57,876 nt of DNA. Origin: an uncultured Planctomycetales bacterium. GTDB lineage: Bacteria; Omnitrophota; Gorgyraeia; Zapsychrales; JAHFFX01. The stretch lies in NCBI GenBank assembly GCA_964372915.1, contig CAYJRN010000007.1, positions 1-57,876 on the forward strand, in the 5' to 3' direction. Within the stretch, counting starts at the first letter, position 1, and every line of letters begins with the position of its first letter. Under the pieces are notes generated by a model that did no database searches, was not told the origin of the DNA, and saw nothing but the letters and a program-made list of their open reading frames with translations. Shown one piece after another: positions 1 to 8,551 of this stretch. The position numbers were made by a program, and so were the translations under genes.

Positions 1-375
1 CGTTATCTTAAAGAAGATTATGCGGAGTCGACCGAAGCGGCCGCGATCCCGGCGTATGAGACGGTGAATGTATTGCGTCTGGCCAAGGATAAAAAGGATT
101 TGCCCAAACAAGAATATATGAATTTGAAGAAAGCTGTCTTTGAGAAGGGTAAAGATGCGCCGTCCCTTCGCAAAGACCTGACGCAGATCATGAAACAGCG
201 TCGACAGATCGATCCAGAGCAAGCGCGGGAAGAAAAAAGTCTGGCGGCCGTCAAGCGTTTCCTGACGGCGTTTAAGTCCTTCAAACGGGATATGGAAACT
301 TTGAAGCTCGTCCCAAGTCATCTTTTACGCGAAGCCGAAGAATTGATGCACAAAATTGAAAAAGAAACTCTCTAA
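1..375 (+). CDS. hypothetical protein, 5'-truncated by window edge
   Basis: Frame 1 is open from nt 1 to the TAA at 373-375. The ATG at 64 is only the first Met in the track. No recognisable motif. Confidence 0.4.
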   Translation, partial: RYLKEDYAESTEAAAIPAYETVNVLRLAKDKKDLPKQEYMNLKKAVFEKGKDAPSLRKDLTQIMKQRRQIDPEQAREEKSLAAVKRFLTAFKSFKRDMETLKLVPSHLLREAEELMHKIEKETL

Positions 376-1420
376 AGAGATTGATCTGAATCGCATTCCG
401 CAAGAAGAGTTGCTGGACCTGAAGTTGAGCGACCTTCCCGTCACAATCGAAGGAACCTGGCTTGAGGGGTGCATTCAACAGCTTTACAAAGAACTCGAAG
501 ACAAGGGGCTGACCTTTAAGCCCTCGTGTTATTTGGCCGATGAATGGCTGGCCCCGCAGGGGGAAACCGTCATCGGCATTCCTTTTTATCTTGCCCACCC
601 TGTCCTTATCGCCCTTGAGAAAACCATGATGTTAGAAGCCGAGGGCGAAACACCGCCCTGGTGCATGAAACTCTTGCGCCATGAAACCGGTCACGCCATC
701 GGTTACGCCTATAATCTTCATAAACAGAAAAAGTGGCAAAAACTTTTCGGTGATTCCGCGAAAGAATATCCTGATACGTATCGATTCCGTCCGTACAGCA
801 AGAATTACGTCCGGCACCTAGAAAATTATTACGCCCAATATCATCCCGATGAGGATTTCGTGGAAACCTTTGCCGTGTGGCTGACGCCGGGCTTAGATTG
901 GCGCAAGCAATATCAAGGTTGGAAAGCTTTGGAGAAACTCAATTATATCGATGAAATCATGATAAAGATTCGCGGTAAGGATCCGCTGATCAGAAGTCAA
1001 AACAAATTTTGGCGACTTTCAACGCTGCGCATGACCTTAAGAAGTTTTTATAAAAGAAAAAGGAATTTTTGGGCTGAAGACCTTCCGGATTTTCACGACG
1101 TTAACTTAAGAAAAATATTCATGCCTTTTAACGCCGAGGCGGGCACGCAGCCCTTCGAGATCACGGGTTGCCGCGCCGCCGGCTTTGTCCTTGAAGAATA
1201 CCGCGATTATTTTCTCACGAGCATCTCAAGATGGACCGGTGAAAAGAAATACATTGTCGATGACATTCTTAAGAAGATTCTTAAGCGCTGTGCCCAGCTT
1301 AGGCTCGTGACCTCAGAGGCCGAACCCGTGGTAGTGTTACGCGTGGCCGCTTATCTTACTACGCTTGTCATGAACTACCAGTACACCGGTTGGTTCCGAG
1401 GGAAAAAGAGAAAGCCATGA
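356..1420 (+). CDS. putative zinc-binding metallopeptidase-like protein (HExxH)
   Basis: 354-aa ORF with LLRHETGHAIGY (HExxH). The N-terminal region (LLDLKLSDLPVTIEGTWLE...IPFYLAHP) resembles the 'putative zinc-binding metallo-peptidase' family. It has a TTG start that overlaps the upstream ORF by 20 nt. Confidence 0.6.
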   Translation: MKKKLSKEIDLNRIPQEELLDLKLSDLPVTIEGTWLEGCIQQLYKELEDKGLTFKPSCYLADEWLAPQGETVIGIPFYLAHPVLIALEKTMMLEAEGETPPWCMKLLRHETGHAIGYAYNLHKQKKWQKLFGDSAKEYPDTYRFRPYSKNYVRHLENYYAQYHPDEDFVETFAVWLTPGLDWRKQYQGWKALEKLNYIDEIMIKIRGKDPLIRSQNKFWRLSTLRMTLRSFYKRKRNFWAEDLPDFHDVNLRKIFMPFNAEAGTQPFEITGCRAAGFVLEEYRDYFLTSISRWTGEKKYIVDDILKKILKRCAQLRLVTSEAEPVVVLRVAAYLTTLVMNYQYTGWFRGKKRKP

Positions 1421-2433
1421 AAAGACAACTCAAAGTGCTTTTGTTATTCAATAGTCCGTATTTCAAACCGCGGGGCTATGAGTACAAGGAGGAATTTGCC
1501 GATCCCGACAACATGTACACCGAAAACGACGTTTATCAGGCGCTTCTGGCCAATGGCCACGGCGTGAGGGTTTTGGGACTCACCGATGACATCCGCGTTC
1601 TTTTGGAAGAGATCAAAGAGTTCCCCGTGGATTGCATCTTTAATCTCGTTGACATGTTCGATGAAAAGACGCATTGGGATAAGAATGCCGCGGCCTTGAT
1701 TGAGATGTTGGGGTTTGCCTTTACAGGCTGTTCGCCGGCGGGCTTAATGATTTGTAACAACAAGGCGTTAAGCAAAAAGATTTTGAGTTTCCATCGTATC
1801 AAGACTCCGCATTTTCATGTCTTTGAGAGAACCCGCAAAGCGTGGCTTCCGGAGCGATTCAATCTACCGGCGGTCGTCAAGCCTTTGTGTGAAGAGGCCT
1901 CGCGCGGTATTTCACAAGCGTCCATTGCCGATAACGAAGAATCGTTCGTTGAGCGCATCAGGTTCATTCACAAAAGTATGGAGATGGACGCGATCGCCGA
2001 GGAATACATCGAAGGCCGGGAGATTTATGTGACGGTCATCGGTCACAAGCGATTGGAAGTGCTGCCGTTTCGCGAGATGAAGTTCGGAGAACTACTGGAG
2101 GGGGAGCCGCGGATCGCCACCTATAAAGCGAAGTGGGACGACCATTACCGGGGCAAATGGGGGATTAAGAGCGTCTTTGCCGGTAAGTTGATTGAAGGCG
2201 TTCAAGAAAAAGTCGAGGACGTTTGCAAGCGGGCCTACCGGGCCTTAGGGCTGAATAGTTATGCCCGCTTTGATATCCGAGTGAGCCCCCAAGGTCAGGT
2301 TTATATTTTGGAGGTGAACGCCAACCCCTGTCTTGCCCGCATCGATGAAATGGCCCAGTCCGCGGAAAAAATCGGTATCTCGTATAACGCGCTGATTCAA
2401 AGGATCGTTGAAATGGCCCTGGTCCAAGGATAA
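1417..2433 (+). CDS. ATP-grasp enzyme, D-alanine--D-alanine ligase-like family
   Basis: ATP-grasp signatures EYIEGREIYVTVIG and ILEVNANPCL. The ATG at 1417 overlaps the upstream stop (ATGA). The ORF track offers an earlier alternative start at 1390. Confidence 0.75.
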   Translation: MKRQLKVLLLFNSPYFKPRGYEYKEEFADPDNMYTENDVYQALLANGHGVRVLGLTDDIRVLLEEIKEFPVDCIFNLVDMFDEKTHWDKNAAALIEMLGFAFTGCSPAGLMICNNKALSKKILSFHRIKTPHFHVFERTRKAWLPERFNLPAVVKPLCEEASRGISQASIADNEESFVERIRFIHKSMEMDAIAEEYIEGREIYVTVIGHKRLEVLPFREMKFGELLEGEPRIATYKAKWDDHYRGKWGIKSVFAGKLIEGVQEKVEDVCKRAYRALGLNSYARFDIRVSPQGQVYILEVNANPCLARIDEMAQSAEKIGISYNALIQRIVEMALVQG

Positions 2434-2514
2434 GAAAAATTTTAAGTTGCGGGTAGAATGAGTATTTTTTGGTGATATACTACAGACATCCTTAAAATTC
2501 ATTAATTATACGAC

Positions 2515-2546
2515 GGCGATTCCGGCGAAGGCCTGCCGGAATCGCC
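2515..2546 (+). other. 12-bp perfect-stem hairpin in the intergenic region upstream of purU
   Basis: ggcgattccggc / gccggaatcgcc arms with an 8-nt loop. No U-tract follows. Confidence 0.4.
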
Positions 2547-2600
2547 AACGTCTTCTTCGGTCAATTTTGGAATAGGTTCTAGCTTGAAATCTCACGTCTT

Positions 2601-3452
2601 ATGAATAATGCCATTCTGCTTATTTCCTGTCCCGACCAAAAAGGCATTACCGCTTCGGTCACCAACTTCATCTACTTAAACAGCGGTAACATTGAACACG
2701 CGGATCAGCATATCGACGAACAATCCAATACCTTTTTTATGCGGATCGAATGGTCCCTGCAAGGTTTTTCGATTCCTCGGGATAAGATCCGGGAAAATTT
2801 TAAGACTCTGGCGCGTCCGTTTAAGATGGAATGGCAACTGCATTTTAGCGATGACAACCCCAGGGTCGCGATCTTCGTCTCCAAATATCTGCATTGCCTT
2901 TATGATCTTTTACTGCGCCAGAAGGCGGGACAACTTCCGTGCACAATTCCTTTGATTGTGAGCAATCACGCCGACGCGAAGGAGGTGGCAGAAGTTTTTC
3001 ATATCCCTTTTTATGAGCTTGCTGTTTTAAAGGGAAACAAGGCCTCTCAAGAGAAAAAACAGCGAGAGCTCTTGAAGAAAGAGGGGATTGATGTGATCGT
3101 CCTGGCGCGCTACGGCCAAATCCTCACTCAGGATTTCGTGGCCGGATATAAAAATCGCATCATTAACATCCATCATTCATTCTTGCCGGCATTCGCGGGT
3201 AAAAGCCCGTACGTTCAAGCCCACCGCAAAGGCGTTAAGATTATCGGGGCGACCAGCCACTACGTGACCGAGGCGCTTGATGAAGGGCCCATCATCGAGC
3301 AGGATACGGTAAGAATCTCACACCGGGATTCGCTGGAAGATCTGAAGCACAAAGGAGAGGACTTGGAAAAGGTGGTTTTGAGCCGTGCCGTCCGCTGGCA
3401 TCTGGAGCATAAAATTCTTTCTTACAGTAATAAAACGGTGGTCTTTCCTTAG
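2601..3452 (+). CDS. purU: formyltetrahydrofolate deformylase
   Basis: N-terminal ACT-like region (ILLISCPDQKGITASV) followed by a formyltransferase core (INIHHSFLPAFAGKSPY, GATSHYVTEALDEGPII). Confidence 0.9.
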   Translation: MNNAILLISCPDQKGITASVTNFIYLNSGNIEHADQHIDEQSNTFFMRIEWSLQGFSIPRDKIRENFKTLARPFKMEWQLHFSDDNPRVAIFVSKYLHCLYDLLLRQKAGQLPCTIPLIVSNHADAKEVAEVFHIPFYELAVLKGNKASQEKKQRELLKKEGIDVIVLARYGQILTQDFVAGYKNRIINIHHSFLPAFAGKSPYVQAHRKGVKIIGATSHYVTEALDEGPIIEQDTVRISHRDSLEDLKHKGEDLEKVVLSRAVRWHLEHKILSYSNKTVVFP

Positions 3453-3468
3453 CTCCCGGGTGCCCCTT

Positions 3469-4695
3469 ATGGACCAAACTCCCGTCATTGAACAGCAGAA
3501 AGTCCCCGACCCCAAAATTTCTTATCTAAGACGAGTGCTGGCCACGATTTTTTTTGCAGGTCTTACACTCGCCATTGCCTTAGCCGGTAATATTGCTTGG
3601 GAAAATTACAATTTATGGGTCCAAAAAAGACTTCTGGCTCAGATTGAGCCCACCACGTTATGGGTTAAGGAAGAAATCCCGCTTTATCTTATTCTTTACA
3701 ACAAGATCGTCAGGATTAATTTAAACGGCCTCGGCCTTCAGGACGTTTATCAAACGGATGATCTTATCGATGAATACTATTTTTCTCCCGACGGGAAGCA
3801 TCTGGTCGTGAATATGACCCGTAAGCTTGTTCTCGTGGATTTTATCTCCGGCAAGGATGAAATAGTGGAAGAGTTGGTTTTCAATTCCCCGGACTTAAAG
3901 GGCGCGTTGTCTCGGTTGACCTGGGACCGGGAATCCAAGAAGTTTTTTTATATGAGGAGTCTTTGGTCGCCCGTTTCTTCCTATGAAGAGTATTTTGTTT
4001 ATACCATCGCCGCACACAAAAATGTTGGTCTCAAAGGCCCTTCCTACCGATTGATGGATGTCTATTGGGACTGGGAAGGCAAAAATCTTTATTACGCGCG
4101 CCCGACGCAAAAAGATAAATTCGACCCTTACAAGTTTTCTTTTAAGATTTTCCGGATCCCGATGGACACATTTAAGCCCCAGCTGGTGGATACTTTATCC
4201 ACAGACAAAGGACAGTTGCCCACGATGGATTTAAGGAGTCTTGAGATTAAGCTGTTTGTCCCGCAAGCGCCGCTGGCGTTTAAAAAGAAAGAATCCCATC
4301 ATTTATCCGCGGTTTCAACTAAAGGGATGGAAATTCGTCTCAATAAAGACGACTATCTTTATTATGGGGAAAAGGGAAGTCCTCTAAAGAAATTGATCCG
4401 CCTGCCGAGACTTTATTTGAAAAAAGAAACGCCGCTGAAGCATTTGGAATGGGCCTCGGGCGGGCGATATGTCCTGTTGGTTCATCGGTCTCTGGGGATA
4501 TTGGTGTTTGATCCACTCACGCGTAAAATCGGAAGGTTGATTGATTTAAAGGCGGAAGGGCTGGGTTGGAACCCGGCGGGTCGTGATCCTCGGAGAAGTG
4601 CAAGAAAAATTTCCTCCGCTAAAATAACTGATGGACGACCTACGGCGGTTAAGTTAAAATGGAACGTAATGATTGATGCCGCGAAGCGGGAGTAA
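3469..4695 (+). CDS. membrane-anchored hypothetical protein with a PD40/TolB-like repeat hint
   Basis: The ATG at 3469 lies just after the purU stop. There is one N-terminal TM segment (LATIFFAGLTLAIALAG) and a YFSPDGKHLVV motif. No other family assignment. Confidence 0.5.
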   Translation: MDQTPVIEQQKVPDPKISYLRRVLATIFFAGLTLAIALAGNIAWENYNLWVQKRLLAQIEPTTLWVKEEIPLYLILYNKIVRINLNGLGLQDVYQTDDLIDEYYFSPDGKHLVVNMTRKLVLVDFISGKDEIVEELVFNSPDLKGALSRLTWDRESKKFFYMRSLWSPVSSYEEYFVYTIAAHKNVGLKGPSYRLMDVYWDWEGKNLYYARPTQKDKFDPYKFSFKIFRIPMDTFKPQLVDTLSTDKGQLPTMDLRSLEIKLFVPQAPLAFKKKESHHLSAVSTKGMEIRLNKDDYLYYGEKGSPLKKLIRLPRLYLKKETPLKHLEWASGGRYVLLVHRSLGILVFDPLTRKIGRLIDLKAEGLGWNPAGRDPRRSARKISSAKITDGRPTAVKLKWNVMIDAAKRE

Positions 4696-4763
4696 TTGTT
4701 TTTAACGATGATCATATACAGGTCCAACTTGATAGCTTCAAAGAATTGATCGCCGCGGCCAAT

Positions 4764-5573
4764 ATGGAATACCGCCGGATGCTCCAGCACAAAGAAGAGG
4801 AATTGCGCGAAGGGAAGGATCTGCCACCCGTGCCACCCGCCCACCCGTTCTCCGGTTTTTCCGCAATCACTTTCCCTCGACCCGTTTTTTTTGTCCCCGG
4901 CTGGAGGGATGACAACGCCCAGTGTTGGACGAAAGCCAATGGCCAAGGTCTTTCCATGCAGCATTGGATTCGTAATGTTGCTACAAATCCCCAGGAAGTG
5001 TATTTTGTCAATTTTGTCACGGAGAGCCGCCAGTGCCGGGATTTTTGGGATTTGGGCAAATGTTTCAAAAAGAAGGTGAAGGCCTTAGTGGGAAATTCGA
5101 GGGCGTTCGATGTTGTTGCTCACGGCATGGGCGGATTGGCGATCCGGGCGTCGTTGGTCGATGAAGAGCCGCTTTTGAACGCCCACACTTGTATTACGAT
5201 CGCGACGGCGCATCGCGGCCGACAGATAAGAGGAACTCAATCTCTTTTGAACCGCTTCATGAGACAGAGGGCTTATCACACCATTCAATCCAAGAGTTTG
5301 GATTCCGATAGCCAAGCGATGAAAGAGATCAATGCCCTTACGCATCGGCGGTTGTTTTTGGAAAGAGTGGACAAACTGTATCAATTTTCTAGAGCGCGCG
5401 ATTCCGCCGCCGGGAACGTCTGCCTGCTGGATGGACAGGGGATAGAGGTATTGTATCAACAAAAGACCCGCGAAGTCGTCCTGGAAGGTTCGCAGCGTCT
5501 CGGTGACAAGACAATGACCCAGGACCCAAGGACGATCCTGGCCGTTATAAAAATCCTCACCGGAACCCAATAA
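4764..5573 (+). CDS. alpha/beta-hydrolase (lipase/PGAP1-like) fold protein lacking the nucleophile serine
   Basis: PVFFVPGW...VVAHGMGGLAIRA...TIATAHRG resembles a lipase nucleophile elbow (HSMGG), but Gly replaces Ser. An alternative TTG start lies at 4746. Confidence 0.5.
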   Translation: MEYRRMLQHKEEELREGKDLPPVPPAHPFSGFSAITFPRPVFFVPGWRDDNAQCWTKANGQGLSMQHWIRNVATNPQEVYFVNFVTESRQCRDFWDLGKCFKKKVKALVGNSRAFDVVAHGMGGLAIRASLVDEEPLLNAHTCITIATAHRGRQIRGTQSLLNRFMRQRAYHTIQSKSLDSDSQAMKEINALTHRRLFLERVDKLYQFSRARDSAAGNVCLLDGQGIEVLYQQKTREVVLEGSQRLGDKTMTQDPRTILAVIKILTGTQ

Positions 5574-5775
5574 AGAAACGTCATCTGAAAATATAAAGTT
5601 ATAATGGACGGGAAAATGGAAATTCGTTGGTGAAGTAATAACCCCACGCTCCTTCCCCTTCGGGGACGGCGTTACGCGTCTGTTCGTCGGAGCTTTGGGG
5701 TAAATTCCGGCCTACAACTTATGTTCGCACCAACTTGGTGCTCCATAAGTTGTGCCGTCATTTAAGGATACCTTG

Positions 5776-7521
5776 ATGCCTGATACAAACAGAGTAGCGT
5801 TAGAATTCGAACAGTTGCCCCGATATACAGAACGTCGATTTCTCTCCGATGATATAAATCTGGGCGATGTCTCACAAGTGAAAGCCATTCACGAAAAACT
5901 GCTCGCCCGGCCCATTGCTTCTCTCAAAGATTTGGAAAATTGGGTCAAAGACCGATCGGAACTGGAAGCGGCTTTTGAACAACACGCCACCGTGTTGTAC
6001 ATCCGGATGACCTGCCAGACGGATGATGCATCGCGCGCTAGTGCTTATCGAAAATTTGTGGAAGACGTCGTGCCGATCGTCAAACCTCTCAATGATCAAC
6101 TCAATTTAAGATATCTCGCGGAAACAAAGCGTTTTATTCTCGACCCGAATATTTATACGGTCTATGAGCGGCGCATTCGCGGTGAAGTGGAACTCTTTCA
6201 TGAGGGAAATGTCCCGCTCCAAACCCAAGAGTCATTACTGGCGCAAGAGTATCAAACCCTTTGCGGTTCGATGACCGTTTCTTTTGAAGGCAAGGAACAC
6301 ACGCTTGCTCAAATGGCGAAATATTTATTGCAGCCCGATCGCGCTTTAAGAGAATTGGCCTGGCGCGCGAGCGCCGAGCGGCGTTTTAAAGAAAGGGATC
6401 GGCTGGATAATATCTTTGATGAGATGCTCAAGCTCCGTCGGCAAATTGCCGCCAACGCCGGCTGTCCCAACTATTGCGATTACCAATTCCGCGCCTTTCA
6501 TCGTTTTGATTACACTCCTGACGATTGCAAAAAATATCACGCCTGCGCCCAAAAGCTCATCGTGCCGCTTCTGGCTAAGATTTACAAGAAACGGCAGGAA
6601 CACATGAAACTGTCGTCGTTGCGCCCGTGGGATCTTTTCGTTGATCCGGCGGGGCGTCCAGGACTCAAACCGTTTGACCGCCCGGAGGAACTCATTGAAG
6701 GAGTCGGTCGAATTTTTGAACGCACCGATCAAGAATTAGACCGGCAATTTAAGGACATGACGAGATTGGGACTTTTGGATTTAGCCAGTCGTCGCGGCAA
6801 GGCCCCCGGCGGCTATCAAAGCACGCTGACCGAGGCGCGTAAACCCTTCATCTTCATGAATGCCGTTGGGGTCGATAGTGACGTGCGCACGCTTTTGCAC
6901 GAGGCTGGCCATGCCTTCCACGCGCTGGCCTCTGCCCATCAACCAATCTTCGCGTATCGTCATGCGCCGATGGAATTTTGCGAGGTCGCCTCGATGTCGA
7001 TGGAGCTTTTGGGAGGAAAATCCCTGGATGTCTTTTATAACAAGGAAGATTTTGAACGTTCGCGCGCTTCGCACCTTGAAGATATCGTGCAGACATTGAC
7101 GTGGGTGGCGACCATCGATAGTTTTCAACATTGGATTTATGAGAACCCTCAAGCCTCCCGTGAACAACGCGCGAATGCCTGGCTCAATATTCGTCAGCGT
7201 TTCGGGGGGAACTTGATCGATTGGTCTGATCTTAAGGATTTTCATTCACTCCTTTGGCACCGGCAGTTGCATATCTTTGAGGTGCCGTTCTACTACATTG
7301 AATATGGCATCGCGCAGCTGGGGGCCATACAGCTGTGGCTTAATTCGAGAAAAGACGACAAAAGGGCTTTGGCGGCGTATCGGCGGGCGCTTTCCCTCGG
7401 CGGATCAAGACCTTTAACAGAACTTTTTGCGGCGGCTGGTTTGAAATTCGATTTTTCGGAAAACACGATCGCCCCCTTGATGGCCGCGGTCGAAAAAGAC
7501 CTCCAAGGATCATCCGTATGA
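5776..7521 (+). CDS. pepF: M3-family oligoendopeptidase F-like metallopeptidase
   Basis: HEAGHAFH zinc motif, about 580 aa, typical M3B layout. The track start GTG 5752 sits inside a 10-bp hairpin, so the ATG at 5776 is preferred. Confidence 0.8.
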   Translation: MPDTNRVALEFEQLPRYTERRFLSDDINLGDVSQVKAIHEKLLARPIASLKDLENWVKDRSELEAAFEQHATVLYIRMTCQTDDASRASAYRKFVEDVVPIVKPLNDQLNLRYLAETKRFILDPNIYTVYERRIRGEVELFHEGNVPLQTQESLLAQEYQTLCGSMTVSFEGKEHTLAQMAKYLLQPDRALRELAWRASAERRFKERDRLDNIFDEMLKLRRQIAANAGCPNYCDYQFRAFHRFDYTPDDCKKYHACAQKLIVPLLAKIYKKRQEHMKLSSLRPWDLFVDPAGRPGLKPFDRPEELIEGVGRIFERTDQELDRQFKDMTRLGLLDLASRRGKAPGGYQSTLTEARKPFIFMNAVGVDSDVRTLLHEAGHAFHALASAHQPIFAYRHAPMEFCEVASMSMELLGGKSLDVFYNKEDFERSRASHLEDIVQTLTWVATIDSFQHWIYENPQASREQRANAWLNIRQRFGGNLIDWSDLKDFHSLLWHRQLHIFEVPFYYIEYGIAQLGAIQLWLNSRKDDKRALAAYRRALSLGGSRPLTELFAAAGLKFDFSENTIAPLMAAVEKDLQGSSV

Positions 7522-7592
7522 GAAAAGGTAAATAATCCTTGAGAAAATGAAGCGGGGAAGGGAAAATAAGTGCGCAATAAAGGAGACCACCG

Positions 7593-8030
7593 ATGAAGAG
7601 ATTTTTGTCGCTTTTTGTTTATATCCTGGCCGTTGCAGGCTGCATGACCATTCATTCGCCTTCGAAAAGCCGATTGTTTGCCGTGCAGGGCAGCGAATTG
7701 ACCCAGGCATTTCCAGAAACGGATCGATTGAGATATTTCTTAGCACTGAAGGTCAAGAAACCGCAGGACAAGGTCATTTACCTTGACATCCGCTACGAGA
7801 ACCCTTGCGACCGGCGTCACCCGATCATGGCGACAGCCACGCTTCCCCCAAAAGAGACCAGGCTTCTTTTAGAATCGCCGGCGCTAGGATGCGTTAAGGA
7901 CCACCGTTATTACCGGGTTAAGGTGACCGCCTATGATTCCGCCGGTAAGTCGCGCCGGATCGACCGAATTACCCAGCTGGTCTACGCCACCCTCAACTCG
8001 AAGACCTTGTCTGAAAATTTGCGTCATTGA
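7593..8030 (+). CDS. hypothetical lipoprotein
   Basis: Signal peptide with lipobox (LAVAGC). AAGGAG RBS upstream. Confidence 0.6.
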   Translation: MKRFLSLFVYILAVAGCMTIHSPSKSRLFAVQGSELTQAFPETDRLRYFLALKVKKPQDKVIYLDIRYENPCDRRHPIMATATLPPKETRLLLESPALGCVKDHRYYRVKVTAYDSAGKSRRIDRITQLVYATLNSKTLSENLRH

Positions 8031-8075
8031 TCCAAAAAAAGGAACTGTCATGATTGCACACCTGCGGTAGGCAGG

Positions 8076-8105
8076 CCTGCCTGTCCGGTAGGCAGGGATT
8101 TTTTT
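8076..8105 (+). terminator. intrinsic terminator
   Basis: cctgcc-N9-ggcagg stem followed by gaTTTTTTT. Confidence 0.55.
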
Positions 8106-8122
8106 AATTGGAAAGGATGGGA

Positions 8123-8506
8123 ATGATGAAAAAAATTGTGAATGCCAAAAACGCGCCGCGACCGATAGGCCCTTACAATCAATCCGTTGTCATCGGCAAT
8201 CTCGTGTTTACCGCCGGCCAGATTTCTCTGGATCCTCAATCAGGTTCCATGATTCCCGGCGGCATTACGGAGCAAACCCGTCAGGTTCTTATCAACTTAA
8301 AGGTCGTATTGGAAGGGGCGGGATCATCTTTAGAAAAAGTGGTCAAGGCCACGGTCTTCCTCAAGGATATGAATGATTTCGCTTTGATGAATGCCGTTTA
8401 CGGAGAATTCTTCAAAAACGAAACGGCTCCGGCGCGTTCCACTATTCAAGTGGCGCGCTTGCCCAAAGACGCGCTGGTGGAAATTGAAGCCGTCGCTTCC
8501 CTCTGA
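8123..8506 (+). CDS. ridA: RidA/YjgF-family reactive intermediate deaminase
   Basis: APRPIGPYNQSV...FTAGQI...ARSTIQVARLPKDALVEIEA is the typical YjgF/RidA signature. The start is ambiguous (8108 TTG, or ATG at 8117, 8123 or 8126). Confidence 0.85.
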   Translation: MMKKIVNAKNAPRPIGPYNQSVVIGNLVFTAGQISLDPQSGSMIPGGITEQTRQVLINLKVVLEGAGSSLEKVVKATVFLKDMNDFALMNAVYGEFFKNETAPARSTIQVARLPKDALVEIEAVASL

Positions 8507-8551
8507 CCTTTTCTATGGTCAATCATGCCTTGTGAAAAAACATAGGAACAC

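Noticed and set aside
7547-7786. 79-aa ORF overlapping the lipoprotein gene in another frame
   Set aside because: The overlapping frame at 7593-8030 has an AAGGAG RBS and a clean lipoprotein signal peptide. The 7547 ORF has no such features.
8061-8096. Duplicated ggtaggcagg motif, possibly a repeat family (vaguely similar GC-rich hairpin at 18995-19035)
   Set aside because: It is explained as two adjacent hairpins of a terminator followed by a T-run. The 18995-19035 sequence shares only short fragments and its stem is imperfect.
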